Shown: positions 50,120 to 63,829 of the stretch, one piece after another
How the letters are laid out: the number at the start of each line of letters is the position of its first letter
Position numbering within the stretch: the first letter of the stretch is position 1
From: Isurus oxyrinchus
Lineage: Eukaryota
NCBI GenBank assembly: GCA_026770705.1
Contig: JANJGN010000016.1
Coordinates: 25,234,001-25,298,000 of the forward strand
Length of the DNA stretch: 64,000 nucleotides
Direction: 5' to 3'
Notes under the pieces: model-generated
The model's input: the letters and a program-made list of their open reading frames with translations, nothing else
Told to the model about the DNA's origin: nothing
Database searches by the model: none
Made by a program: the position numbers and the translations under genes

Positions 50120-53075
50120 CTACCAAGGATGAAGAATTTGAGTACACTGCAATGTCACAAATGCAAGGCGCCAAACTGTTTCTCTGAACAGAGCAGCTTG
50201 TGCCAACATATGATAGAAGTAATTAGATCTTTTCTACAGAATGAAAGATAGAGCAGCTGGCCTGATACACTGCGATTTGATGGGAAATTTGAATAAAGAG
50301 CAAATTTTGTATTCTATTTCCGGGTTTTGTAATTTTGACTGCTCACCTTTGCTGAAAGCATGTGTTCACGGTCAAAAAGCATGTGGTTTATTGGATTACT
50401 GAAGTTTTAAAAATCAAGCAAGAATCAGTTAAGAAAAATATTGTCGAATTACAATACAAATACAATGATCCTAAAAACAAATTCAACTCACTGGTAATAG
50501 ATTTTTTTCCTTTGTAAAGAAAAATGATGTCATTTACCTTAAATGCTGGCACAGTAAAAAATAATGTACTAATTTTTGATGGCCCCAGGTCTCCAATTCT
50601 CCCCGGTGCCTCGGAAGATGCACTGGGGGACCCTTCCTTGGAAGTTTCCATGCAAGGACTGCCCGGGAAGGCAATTAGCCTGTGTTTGGAACCCTCAGAA
50701 ACTCCAGTTTCAAGTCAGAGACTTCGAATGATTCCGACTTACTTAGTAGAATAGTTACCCAGGAAAAGTTAGAAGGATTAAAACTAATTCTAACTCCTGG
50801 GTAACAATACTACTGACTCTCCTGGCACCACCACCTCTACACCCACTCCCCCCTCCCCCCGGATCCCACTTGATCTCTTGAGAGGCAGGCTCCCAGCGGC
50901 AGGGGCTCCCCTCCTTAATGATGCCCTGGCAGCTTGGGTGTAGATTTATTATTCTTCTCAAACTGATAGCCATTAGAGATGTGAAAAATCATAAGCATTT
51001 TACACCTTACAGAAAGCAAAGGAACAAGCTGCATGATAAAGTCATTCATCATAGTCAGCAGTTAGACAGTAAAGCTCACGTTAAGCCAGAATTTAGCTAC
51101 AGCTTTCACGGTCAATTGGGCCAAACAGGTTTAAAATGGATCTAGAGCTTACGATCACAAAACCAATTACTAATAATGTTTAATTTAATTTCCCTTCAGT
51201 AAGCCCTTTTAAATCTGAGATTTTGTACTACAGTTTGCAAGGTTCACAGAGAAAATGGCTAGCAATTTTAAGGATCATTATTATGAGAATTCGCAGTCAA
51301 TAGCTGTAACTAGAGGGAGCTGATATTCGAGGTTTTCGAAACACTCGCTTCTGTTTTACCAGTAGTGGGCAGTTCAAGGCAGGTTGGATTCAGATTTGAA
51401 ATTTTTAACTTCCAACCTGACCCAACTAGGTGTTAAAATTGCACCCCACATTTCAGATGGATCACATGCTAACCCAAGGATTTTGTACATCCATGAGAAA
51501 TGTGGTAGCAAGAAACAAAATATAGGAAATCAGTCATTTACTATTTCATGTTACTGTGATCAGATGCACACCACAGGAGAACAATGAAATTCATTTTATT
51601 TTAATTCTACCTTCATTAAAAAGGAAAATTAATGGCTGTATTCCGTTACCCTCTCCCATCATATAAACTCTTTTACCCATATGCACAGCCATGCCCTTGA
51701 CCTGGCCATCTCACACAGTCTCTCCATTCCCATCATCTCAATGACAGACAAGAGCATCTCTGATGACTTCCTCGTATATGCTGCCACCCACATTCCCCTT
51801 CCAACCTTACTTGATTCTGTAACCACCCCTGAAAAATGTTCTACCTCAAGTTAGATGTAATAGGGACTGCAGCAAATCAAGAAGGCAGCTCACCACCACC
51901 TTCTCAAGGGCAATTAGGGAAGGACAATAAATGCTGAATCTAGCCAGTGATGTCCACATCCCATAAAATGAATTTTTAAAAAATGGGGCTTTGAAAATCC
52001 TTTCTAACCTTTAGCCCTCCATCACCACAAAATTTCTGCAGGTACCTGCCTGCTCAATAACATCTCATCTCATCACTTTTATTGACCTTGTCTTCAGTAA
52101 AATCCTTAATCTCTTCCAGCTTGGTACATTCTCGATCTTCACCTCCTTTTGTCCAAGGGAAGCAGATGTGAACGTTAATTGCACACAACCAACTTAGCTG
52201 TTTCTTATGTCGCTTGGTTCCCAGAAGTCCAAAATAATCAAACTTTTAGAGTCCAGTGCTGAAGCTTCACTGAATGTATTTCTTGCACCTCTCATGTAAC
52301 TGGTGATATATTACTGCTTGGCACACTGACTGTAGTGCAGTAGTGAGTGGTGTGGCATTCTGACTATACATGCAAACCTACACATGACAGCACAGTTCCT
52401 AAATCATATCGGAATAATATAACCCCACTCATCACCAGGTCTGGAATACATTGGGTCACATTTGGTAGTTCGGCATTAGGGCTGGCATATCCTCAAAATG
52501 ATGATCCTTAAAATTGCAGTACCATTATCTGTCAGAAAGTTGCAGAAATTAAATGCAGTCTTAAAAAATATTGGAAATAAAAAGTTGGCATACATTAAAA
52601 CTGTTGAAATTTTCTAAAGGGACTGCCAGTGCTTTTTTGGGAGTGTAACTTACTGTCCTTTACCTGTCTGGCGTGTACATGACTTCAGTCCCATGCCAAG
52701 GTGGTTAACTCTTTTAGCTGCCCTCTGAAGTGGCCCAGAAAGCCATTCAGTTGTATCAGGCAAAGAATAGCACCTGGACTGCACGTGTTTCAAGAAATAT
52801 GTTCACCACCATTTGTAGGCAACTAGGAATGGGTAGTGCCAGCCTTTCCCATTTCTTTAGTTGTCCTTCCCACCCTGTCTAACAACAGTGGTTGCTTAAA
52901 CTAAAATTCATCTAATTTTGATGGATCGATATAAAATAAAATTGGAAATAGTGCAAAATGTTCAAAGTTCATGTATAATTAATGCACTGTACCCCAAAAA
53001 TGCAATGTGAAGTTCAGTAAAACTGTTCAAAGCGATTCTGTAGTGAAATAGAAAGTGTATAAATAAAATACCTAC

Positions 53076-53144
53076 CTCTGCCATTTTTGCAAGTTTTGTC
53101 CAATCATTCTTGTTGTAAGTGCACATGAGGCTGGCAATAATAAT
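53076..53144 (-). CDS. DPYD: DPYD coding exon (equivalent to human exon 15, 69 bp)
   Basis: Minus strand reads tttcttttttTAG|ATT ATT ATT GCC AGC CTC ATG TGC ACT TAC AAC AAG AAT GAT TGG...GCA GAG|GTAGG = IIIASLMCTYNKNDWTKLAKMAE, matching human [23 protein letters not shown]; length 69, phase 0/0. Confidence 0.96.
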
Positions 53145-53353
53145 CTAAAAAAAGAAATTTCATTGAACATCTGTTACAGAAATGTTAACAAATAATATCG
53201 GAGAAAAAGTTCTTTACACCGACAAATGTATTCTGTAGCTTGTAAACCAGCTTTTTGGGGTGTTTTTATTGAATATTTCAACCGCACAATCCCCCCAACT
53301 CAATGGGCCGAATGGCCTAATTTCTGCTTCTAGGTCTCATGGTCTTATGGTCT

Positions 53354-54230
53354 AATCCCGAACAGCCCTCTTCTACCCCCTTCCCACAATCCATCAACAA
53401 GATTGCCCTGGTCAACTCATTATTTTAGCCATTTCTGTTCCATTGAACTTATTTATTCCTATCCCGACTCCATTTTTTTTCCCCTCTGTACAGATTTTTC
53501 CTATTTTCATCCGTGATTCTTCCAACGCCCCATGTGACTTTAACAGTTTCCAGTTTCCTGGCCCTAAGCATTTCCTCTTCACTATGGATGTCCAATCTCC
53601 ATTTCCCACCTGGACAGGCTCAGAGCTCTCCGCTCCTTCTTTGAACATGGACCTAACCAAACCCGATCCAGGCTCCTCAACCTGGCTGAGCCTGTTCTCA
53701 TTCTAAACAATTTCTGGTTCAACTCCACTCACTTCCTCAAAATACAAGTTGTTACTATGGGTACAGACATGGTGCAGACACGATGGGCCGAATGGCCTCC
53801 TTCTACATCGTAACAATTCTGTAATTCTGCACCTGCATGGGTCCTAGCTATGTCTGCCTTTTTGTAGAATATGTGGAACAATCATTATTCCAGTCCCACA
53901 TGGGACTTCCATCACTTTTTTTCTGCTACATTGATGATTGCATCAGTGCCACCTCCTGCTCTCACCATGAATTGGAAAATTTCATTGAAATTGCTTCTAC
54001 TTCCCACACTTCTCTCGCCTTTACCTGGTCCATCTCTGACTTTTCCTTCCTCGACTTCCTATATCCAATTATGGAGATAGGGTATCAGCTAGTGTTCACT
54101 ACAAACCCACAGGCTCCCACAGCTACCTTAACTACATCTCCTCACATACTGCTTCCTGTAAGGATTCCATTCCATTCTCCCAATTTCCCTGTCTGCATCA
54201 CATCTGATCTGATGATGCAACCATCCACAT
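53354..54230 (+). mobile_element. Older Penelope-like RT fragment (with a short CR1-tail insert ~53769-53826)
   Basis: FQFPGPKHFLFTMDVQS, MGPSYVCLFVEYVE, CYIDD; more diverged than copies 1 and 2. Confidence 0.85.
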
Positions 54231-56400
54231 CAATACAGCTACAACACTGGCATCTACCAGGCAATATGGAAAATTGCCCAGGTATGTGCTGTACACAAAA
54301 AGCAGGACAAATTCAACCTGGCTAATTACCGCCCCATCTGTCTACTCTCCATCATCAGTAAAGTACTGGAAGGGGTTATCAACAGTGCTACCAAGCGGCA
54401 CTTGCTTAGCAATAACCTGTTCACTGACTCCCAGTTTGGGTACCGCCAGGGCCACTCAGCTCTTGACCTCATTACAGCCTTGGTTCAAACATGGACAAAA
54501 TTGCTGAACTCCTGAGGTGAGTTGAGAATGACTGCCCCTGATATCAAGGCAGCATTTGACAGAGTGTGGCATCAAGGAGCCCTAGCAATACTGGAGGCAA
54601 TAGAAATCAGGGAGAAAATTGTCCACTGGTTGGAGTCATACTTAGCACAAAGGAAGAAGGTTGTAGTTCTTGAAGGTCAGTCATCTCAACTCCAGGACAT
54701 CACTGCAGGAGTTCCTCACGATAGTATCCTCAGTCCAACTATCTTTAGCTGCTTCACCAATGACCTTCCTTCCATCATAAGGTCAGAACTGGGGATGTTC
54801 GCTGATGATCGCACAACGCTCAGCACCATTCGCGACTCCTCAGGTACTGAAGCAGTCCATGTCCAAATGCAGCAAGACCTGGGCAATATCCAGGCTTAGG
54901 CTGACAAATGGCAAATAATATTCGCAGGACACAAGTGTCAGGCAATGACACCTCCAAGAAGGGAGAATCCAATCATCGCCCCTTGATGTTTACCGGCATC
55001 ACCATCACTGATTCCCCCAGTACCATCATCCTGGGGGTTACCATTGACCAGAAACTTCTAACTGGACTAGCCATAAAAATACTGGGTTGAATTTGTTGGG
55101 AGGAGAGTTGGATGGTGGGCACGCACAGGCGCGCTTCCAATTGGCGCCCCCCAACTGGGGGCACGGCGCCATTTTGTGTGGGCGGGCCAATTAAGGTCCG
55201 CCCAGTGTGACGTCCGCATAGAAGCGCTATGCACTTCCTGGCAGGTGGGGGCGGGGAGGGAATCCCAAAATCGAGAGTGCCTTCTTTCGCACATGCGCAC
55301 AAAAGAGCGCACTCATCTCCCTGAGGCTAAGTGCAGCCTCAGGGAGATCGGCTGTAAATGTCAAAAACCTAAAAATAGAAAAATAAAATATCCCTAATAT
55401 GTCCCCTCATGTGACAATGTCACATGAGTTTGGACATGTCCATAATTTTCACAAAAACTTTATTAAATTTTTTTAAAAGCTACATTAAACCTCATCCCAC
55501 CCTTGGAGGAGGTTTCATGCTTTTTCTAATTCGCACTGGGGCTTCTGGCCTGCCCGCCAACCTTTATGTTGGACGGGCAGGTCCTTTAATTAGTTAAATG
55601 ACTCTGTCAATAGCCTCAATTGGCCATTGACAGGTAGGTGGGTGCGCAGTTGATTTCACTGCGCCCCCGCCTTCCTGAAAATTTAAGTGGGGTGCAGTGA
55701 CATCAGGAGTTCCCCCTGATGTCAACGTGCGTCATTTTACATGTCGGTGAGCGGGCCCCACCCCCGCTCGCCGACATGTAAAATCCTGCCCTCTGTGGCT
55801 ACAAGAACAGGTCAGAGGTGAGGAATAGTGTGATGAGTAACCCACTTCCTGACTCCCCAGAGCCTGTCCACCATCTACACAGCACGTTAGGAATGTGATG
55901 GAATACTTCCCATTTGCCTGGATTAGTGCAGCTCCCACAACACTCAAGATGCTTGACATCATCCAGGACAAAGCAGCCTGCTTGATTGTCACCACATCCA
56001 CAAACATTCACTCCCTCCACCACCGACACACAGGAGCAGCAGTGTGTACCATCTACAAGATGCACTGCAGGAATTCACCGAGGCTTCATCGGCAGCACCT
56101 TCCAAACCCACAGCCACTACCATTTAGAAGGACAAGGACAGCAGATAGATGGGAAAACTACCGCCCAGAAGTTCCCCTCCAAGTCACTCACCATCATGAC
56201 CTGGAAATATATCGCCGTTCCTTCAATATCGCTGGGTCAAAATCCTGGAATTCCTTCTCTAACAGCACTGTGGGTGTACCTACACCACATGGACTGCAGC
56301 GGTTCAAGAAGGCAGCTCACCACCACCTTCTCAAGGGCAACTAGGGATGGGCAATAAATGCTGGCCCAGCCAACGATGCCCACATCACATGAATGAACTT
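54231..56400 (+). mobile_element. CR1/L2-clade LINE (second family), RT and 3' tail, interrupted by a MITE
   Basis: DIKAAFDRVWHQG, AGVPHDSILSPTIFSCFTND, MFADD; tail GLQRFKKAAHHHLLKGN*..AATAAATGCTGG. Confidence 0.9.
55084..55791. mobile_element. ~700-bp Harbinger MITE
   Basis: GGGTTGAATTT / AAAATCCTGCCC ends, ACT/TCT flanks; the LINE rejoins across it. Confidence 0.88.
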
Positions 56401-56572
56401 TTAAAAAGCACATAACCAATTAAAACCAGAATATAGCATTTATCTTAGTGCTGAAGTTATCTCCAAAGTCTCATTTGATATAATCAACTTGCTATTAATA
56501 ATGTCAATTATAGTTTCTATCTATTATTTACTGTGGTGTGAGAATAAAATGTTCTTTTAATTAATTTACTTT

Positions 56573-57890
56573 TTATTCATTCAAAGGATGGAAGCATTGC
56601 TGGCAAGTGCAGCATTTGTTGCTCATCCCTAATTGCCCTGAGAAAGTGGTCATGACCCGCCTTCTTGAACCACTGCAGTCCAACTGGCGTAGGTACACCC
56701 ACAGTGATGTTAGGGATGGTGTTCCAGGATTTTGATCCGGCGACAGTGAAGGAATGGTGATACAGTTCCAAGTCAAGGTGGTGTGTGGCTTTGGAGGAGA
56801 ACTTGCAGGTGGCTATGGTTCCATGTGTTTGCTGCCCCTGTCCTTCTAGGTGGTAGAGGTCGTGGGTTTGGAAGATGCTGTTGAAGGAGCCTTGATGAGT
56901 TGCTGCAGTGCACCCACACTGCTATCAATGTGTGTCAATGGTGGAGAGATTGAAAGTTTTAGGTGGCGGATGGGCTGCCAATCAATTGGGCTGCTTTGTC
57001 CTGGGTGGTATTGAGCTGCTGGAGTGTCTCTGGAGCCAGACTCATCCAGGCAAGCGGGGTACATTCCATCACACTCTAGCCTTGTGCCTTGTAGATGATG
57101 GGCAGGCTTTGGGGATTTAGGTGAGTTAATCACCTCAGAAGTTCCAGACTTTAACCTTCTCTTGTTTTTATATGGCTGGTCCAGAAAAGTACCTGGTCAA
57201 TGGTAACCTGCAGAATGTTGATGCTGGGGGATTCAGAGATGGTAATTGGTTTTTACTGGGTTAATGTGGGACTGAGTACAGTACCATCCACGCAGGCATG
57301 TAAGAAGGCATATTACCAAGATCTAGATTCATTGTGATGTTGAACAGAGACCTGTTAAGGCCTAGATATGGAGATAGCTCCTGGCCTATACCCTTTACTG
57401 CATATACGTATATAGTTACAAGTAGTCAATAAAGGCTTGCTGTTAACATTCACAGAAGACTACAAAGACTTCCTTAACAGACTTAAAATTCTTTAACCAA
57501 CACCATTACAACAGCAATGAGGTTAAATGTCCAGGGGAGATGGTTAAATTCTCTCTTGTTGGAAATGGTCATTGCCTCACACATGTGTAGTACGAATGGT
57601 ACATGTCACATCAGCCTAAGCCTGAATGTTGTCTAGATCTTGCTGCATGCGGGATGGGCTGCTTCAATAACTGAGGAGTTGCAACTGGTACTGAAGAACG
57701 TGTAATCATTAGCGAAAATCCCCACTTCTGACCTTGCGTTGGAGGAAAGGTGTGAGGTATGATTCCAACCAATGGAGAGTTTTCCCTATGATTCTCATTG
57801 AGTTCAGCTTTGCCAGTGGATATCACATTCAGTCAAATGCTGCCATGGAGGTGATAATGTCCCAGGCATCTGCTGTACTTATTCTTCTAG
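56573..57890 (-). mobile_element. Same LINE family as 54231-56400, reverse copy (tail to tail)
   Basis: SFTVAGSKSWNTIPNITVGVPTPVGLQWFKKAGHDHFL on the minus strand; interrupted at ~57246-57500. Confidence 0.85.
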
Positions 57891-57894
57891 AATA

Positions 57895-59810
57895 AGGAAA
57901 GCTCAGAGGGAAAGTGAAAAAAAAAGAAAAGCAAAGAGAGATTACAGGAAGAGATTGGCAGTTAACTTAAAAGGGGAATCCAATGTCTTCTATAGCCATA
58001 TAAAGAGTAAAAGGTTGTTCAAAAAAGGGTATAAAAAGAAGCCCAGCAACTAGAGGCCAGTCAGTTTAATCTTGTGGTGGGAAAACTCTATGGGCAGAAT
58101 TTTTCGCTGAGCGGGCAGGCGAGCACTCGACCCGCTCGGGTATGAAATAGTGCGCGATGAAGTTGGGCGATCCGACATCATCGTGCACTCGCACGATATT
58201 TCTGTCGGTGGGCGTGTGCTAAACTCGGAAGCACGTCTGCCGACAATTAAACTCATGAACAGTACAATTAACAGATTTTTCGTTCCCCATCCAACGTTAC
58301 GGTTGGCGGGCGGGCGGCTTTTGCATTTTTCAGGAAACCTCATCCGCTGGCGGGATGAGGTTTCCATTACAAATTAAAATTAAAATAAATTTCTGTGGAC
58401 AGCATTTTCAGTACCTACATTTTCAGGTTACTGATTATGAAGCTTGCACACTTCTTTTCGGTTTCTGTGACCTTTATTTTAGGTTGCTCAGGTCTTCAGC
58501 TCCCTGAGGCAGTTCTCAGTGAGTGCTCGCCCGCACTCGTGCTGACTGCAGCGCTCACCCTCCTCCTGCCCCTTGCCCCAGCAGCGCTGATTCTTTCAGC
58601 ATGCGCTTCACGCTGGGTGGCTGTTAATTGGCCAGCCAATGTGAATTTGTGGTCAGGTGCTGACCGCAGTCAGTGGTCCAACCCCTGGCCGATCCTGGAC
58701 CCGCCGACCGCGCCTGCTCACCAAACTGAAAATTCTGCCTGGTGAAACGATAGTCGGGGACAAAGCAACAGCCAGTTGGATGAAGGTGGATTCATTAAGG
58801 AAAGCCAGCAGGGATTTGTTAAGGGCAAATTGTGTTTGTTTGAGGTTTTGATTAGGTAACAGAAAAGGTTGACGAGGGTATGCAATTGATGTGGTGTATG
58901 TGGACTTCCAAAAGGTGTTTGACAAAGTGCCACATAACAAGCCTTTCAGCAAATCTAAAGTTCATGAAACAAAAGGGACAGAGGCAGCATGGATACAAAG
59001 TTGGCCGAGTGACAGGAAACAGTAGTGGTGAAAGGCTGTTTTTTAGATTGGAGGATGGTATATAGTGAGGATCCCCAGGGGTCAATATTCGGACCACTAC
59101 TTTTCTTATCTATATTAATGACATAGACTTGAGTGCAGAGCACAATTTCAAATCATTGAAAGTGACAAGGCAGGTTGAGAAAGCAGCTAAGCACACAGGA
59201 TCCTGGGCTTTATAAATAGTGGATTGAGTACAAAAGCAAGTTATAGTGAACCATTATTAAACATTGCTTCAGCCTTAACTGGAGTATTGTGTCCCATTCT
59301 GGGCAACACACTTTAGGAAAGATGTGAAGGCACTGAGAAGGTTTACAAGAATGTTTCCAGGGACGGGAGACTGCAATTATGTGGGTAGATTGGAGAAACC
59401 GGGGCTGCTTTCCTTAGAGAAGATTGAGAGGGGATTTAAGAGAAGTGTTCAAAATCGAAAAGGCGGTTAGGCAGAGTAGGTAGAAATGGTTCTCATTGTT
59501 GGAAGGGTCAGGAACCAGAGGACATTGCTTTAAGGTGATTGGCAAAAGCAACAAAGGCAACATGAGAAAAATCTTTTTTACGCAGCAGGTGGCTAGGATC
59601 TGGATTACACGGTTTGGAAGTGAGGTGGATTCAGGTTCAATTGTGGCTTTCAAAAGAGAATTGGATAATTATCTGAAAAGGGAAAAAATTGCAGGGCTAC
59701 GGGGAAAAGTGAGAGGAGTGGAACCAGCTGAGACGCTCTTGTAGAGAGCCGACACGGCGACAACGAGATGTGGCCTCCTTCTGTGCTGTAAGTATTCCAT
59801 GGTTCTCTGA
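57895..59810 (+). mobile_element. CR1/HER1-like LINE fragment, interrupted by a MITE
   Basis: DVVYVDFQKVFDKVPH, PQGSIFGPL, EYCVPFW, TRGHCFKV remnants and GGCCTCCTTCTGTGCTGTA tail. Confidence 0.85.
58092..58740. mobile_element. ~650-bp Harbinger MITE
   Basis: GGGCAGAATTTT / AAAATTCTGCCT ends; reverse orientation of the 4906 subtype. Confidence 0.85.
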
Positions 59811-60440
59811 ACACACAACCTTCTGACTAATTTACTGCCGTTATTTGCTCAGTCCCTAATATAAAAAGACACTGGGTAGCGTTGTTATTGCAAATTCACC
59901 TTTTGTACATATGCTGTATGCTTTCCAATAGCATTGTGCAGTGATTGAGTTTAATACTCTAAGCAAAACAATCAGATTTGACTTAGCAGCTAGATTATTC
60001 TGTTTTGGTGCTGTGATTCACTTTACTTGTTCACTCGGTCACTTTCCCTATGCACTGCAAATTAATTATTTCCACTACCTTTAAATCAATGTTCCAATCC
60101 TTCTGCTATATTCTGTGGGCGTGCGTAATTTTTATCTTCCATATTGCAGCATAAGTCACCCTCTAAATAGCTAACCTTACAGTCTTCTAAAGTGATTACT
60201 GCCCTTGAGGCTAACCTGCTAAATCTGCCAAGTGAGTACTCAGCATTCTCCTGACTGCAGTAAAGAATACTGGTCACTTTTGACCTTTTTCCAAATTGCA
60301 AATCAAAATTTTAAATTAGTTCTGAATACAAGGGCTTGGTTTCCTTCCTTAGGGTCACAAGAAGGAAAAATGGCACCAGCTCCGGTTCAAATTGTTCTAA
60401 TTTAAATCATACAGCACAGAAGGAGGCCATTCAGCCCACT

Positions 60441-63400
60441 GGGCTGGATTTTCGGCCCCCACTGGGATCAGAGGTATGAGGGAACTTAAAATAGCCTTGG
60501 CAGCTGACATGCCGGTTTCCTGGTTCCCAAACAAAAACAGAATTACCTGGAAAAACTCAGCAGGTCTGGCAGCATCGGCGGAGAAGAAAAGAGTTGACGT
60601 TTCGAGTCCTCATGACCCTTCGACAGAATTTGAGTTCGAGTCCAAAAAAGAGTTGAAATATAAGCTGGTTCAAGGTGTATTGGGGTGGAGGGGGGGGGGG
60701 GGCGCGGAGAGAGAGAGAGAAGTGGAGGGGGTGTGTGGTTGTAGGGACAAACAAGCAGTGATAGAAGCAGATCATCAAAAGATGTCAACAACAATAGAAC
60801 AAAAGAACACATAGGTGTTAAAGTTGGTGATATTATCTAAACGAATGTGCTAATTAAGAATGGACGGTAGGGCACTCAAGGTATAGCTCTAGTGGGGGTG
60901 GGGAGAGCATAAAAGATTTTAAGATATTTAAAACTAATGGAAATAGGTGGGAAAAGAAAAATCTATATAATTTATTGGGAAAAAAAGGAAGGGGGAAAAA
61001 GAAAGGGGGTGGGGATGGGGGAGGGAGCTCACGACCTAAAGTTGTTGAATTCAATATTCAGTCTGGAAAGCTGTAAAGTGCCTAGTCGGAAGATGAGGTG
61101 TTGTTCCTCCAGTTTGCGTTGGGCTTCACTGGAACAATGCAGCAAGCCAAGGACAGACATGTGGGCAAGAGAGCAGGGTGGAGTGTTAAAATGGCAAGCG
61201 ATAGGGAGGTTTGGGTCATTCTTGCGGACAGACCACAGGTGTTCTGCAAAGCGGTCGCCCAGTTTACGTTTGGTCTCTCCAATGTAGAGGAGACCACATT
61301 GGGAGCAACGAATGCAGTAGACTAAGTTGGGGGAAATGCAAGTGAAATGCTGCTTCACTTGAAAGGAGTGTTTGGGCCCTTGGACAGTGAGGAGAGAGGA
61401 AGTGAAGGGGCAGGTGTTGCATCTTTTGCGTGGGCATGGGGTGGTGCCGTAGGAGGGGGTTGAGGAGTAGGGGGTGATGGAGGAGTGTCCCGGAGAGAGC
61501 GATCCCTACGGAATGCCGATAGGGGGGGTGAAGGGAAGATGTGTTTGGTGGTGGCATCATGCTGGAGTTGGCGGAAATGGCGGAGGATGATCCTTTGAAT
61601 GCGGAGGCTGGTGGGGTGATAAGTGAGGACAAGGGGGACCCTATATTGTTTCTGGGAGGGAGGAGAAGGCGTGAGGGCAGATGCGTGGGAGATGGGCCGG
61701 ACACGGTTGAGGGCTCTGTCAACGACTGTGGGTGGAAAACCTCGGTTAAGGAAGAAGGAAGACATGTCAGAGGAACTGTTTTTGAAGGTGGCATCATCGG
61801 AACAGATGCGACGGAGGCGAAGGAACTGAGAGAAAGGGATGGAGTCCTTACAGGAAGCGGGGTGTGAGGAGCTGTAGTCGAGGTAGCTGTGGGAGTCGGT
61901 GGGTTTGTAATGGATATTGGTGGACAGTCTATCACCAGAGATTGAGACAGAGAGGTCAAGGAAGGGAAGGGAAGTGTCAGAGATGGACCACGTGAAAATG
62001 ATGGAGGGGTGGAGATTGGTAGCCAAATTAATAAATTTTTCCAAGTCCCGACGAGAGCGTGAAGTGGCACCGAAGTAATCATCGATGTACCGGAGAAACA
62101 GTTGTGGAAGGGGGCCGGAGTAGGACTGGAACAAAGAATGTTCCACATACCCCATAAAGAGACAGGCATAGCTGGGGCCCATGCGGGTACCCATAGCCAC
62201 ACCTTTTATTTGGAGGAAGTGAGAGGAGTTGAAGGAGAAATTGTTCAGTGTGAGAACAAGTTCAGCCAGACGGAGGAGAGTAGTGGTGGATGGGGATTGT
62301 TCGGGCCTCTGTTCGAGGAAGAAGCTAAGGGCCCTCAGACCATCCTGGTGGGGGATGGAGGTGTACAGGGATTGGACGTCCATGGTGAAGAGGAAGCGGT
62401 TGGGGCCAGGGAACTGGAAATTGTTGATGTGACGTAAGGTGTCAGAGGAATCACGGATGTAGGTGGGAAGGGACTGCACAAGTGGAGAGAGAAGGGAGTC
62501 AAGATAACGAGAAATGAGTTCTGTGGGGCAGGAGCAAGCTGAGACGATCGGTCTACCGGGACAGTTCTGTTTGTGGATTTTGGGTAGGAGATAGAAGCGG
62601 GCCGTCCGAGGTTGGGCGACTATCAGGTTGGAAGCTGTGGGAGGAAGATCCCCAGAGGAGATGAGGTCAGTGACAGTCCTGGAAACAATGGCTTGATGTT
62701 CAGTGGTGGGGTCATGGTCCAGGGAGAGGTAGGAGGAAGTGTCTGCGAGTTGACGCTCAGCCTCCGCGAGGTAGAAGTCAGTGCGCTAGACAACAACAGC
62801 ACCACCCTTGTCAGCGGGTTTGATGACAATGTCAGGGTTGGACCTGAGAGAATGGAGTGCAGTAAGTTCAGAGGGAGACAGGTTCCCATCCTGGGCCATT
62901 TTCTTGGAGGCAGAATAGAGGGTGTCAGGGTGACCGGCCGATACTAGGCAGGCAGCCAATCAGGCTCAATAAGAGCTTAATTGAAGCCAATTAAAGGATG
63001 TCGACTGGAATTTTCCAGCCAGTTTCCCACACCAACAGAGTCAGGTTTAGGGCCTGGAGGTGGGCACTTGTCATCAGGCCAGGGGCCAGTATTCCATGCA
63101 GACCTAGGAACCCTTTTTTCCCTGCCTGGGTACAGGAGCAGCTGCCATGTAGGGTGTAGAATGTAGAGGGGTCCTTTCCCACTAACCCCCCAACCCTTAC
63201 ACTGGTGGCCTGGCTGCTGAGTCCATTTTTCAGTTAATGATTTTAATGAGTTGGAGAGAAGGCAGCTCCATGTTGAAGCACCCTCGCTCTTCCATTTCAG
63301 CCTGCTTCCTCTCTCAAGCTGGAAGGCTTCTGGTTGGCCCACTGCCCCTTAATTGGATGGAGAACCTGAATTCAGGCCAATTAAGGGGATGCGCCCTTGA

Positions 63401-63504
63401 AAATCACAATAAGTGACTGTTTCCCCCTTGGTTTGAGGTGCGGATTTGGGACCTGGAAGCAGTCACAACCTCCGTTTCCCATCCTTGGTGTGAAAATCCA
63501 GCCT
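60441..63504. mobile_element. Non-autonomous Harbinger-like element interrupted by Penelope copy 2
   Basis: Ends GGGCTGGATTTTC / GAAAATCCAGCCT, inserted in a reverse CR1 tail (GGAGGCCATTCAGCCC..ATCATGCCT). Confidence 0.75.
60530..62880 (-). mobile_element. Penelope-like retroelement copy 2 (5'-truncated; RT nearly intact, one frameshift before GIY-YIG)
   Basis: ORF 61355..62479 (FTMDVQSLYTSI, GVAMGTRMGPSYACLFM, RYIDD) plus 61029..61358 GIY-YIG; 8-bp TSD GGTTCCCA (60522-60529, 62881-62888). Confidence 0.96.
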
Positions 63505-63829
63505 ATCATGCCTCTGCCAGGTCATGATGGAGCTATCCAATTAGTCCCACTTCCTGGTCCTTCCCCATTATCCTGCAAATTTTTCCTTTCCTTGCCAGTG
63601 CGTGGCATCTGACTTTATTGCCTGCTAGCTGCCATTTTCTCCTTACATAGTGGAGGCCAAGGAGTAAATAGGGCCCTGGTCTGAAATTTCTGAGAGTGGG
63701 TGTGTTTCCCAATTGTCCTGCCCACACATTATACCTTTAAAAGGTGGGGGGAAAAAAACATACATCCTTCATCCTTCCAGTATGAAACAATCATAAACAT
63801 CAGAATGTTTGTGCAATAGAAAAACATGC

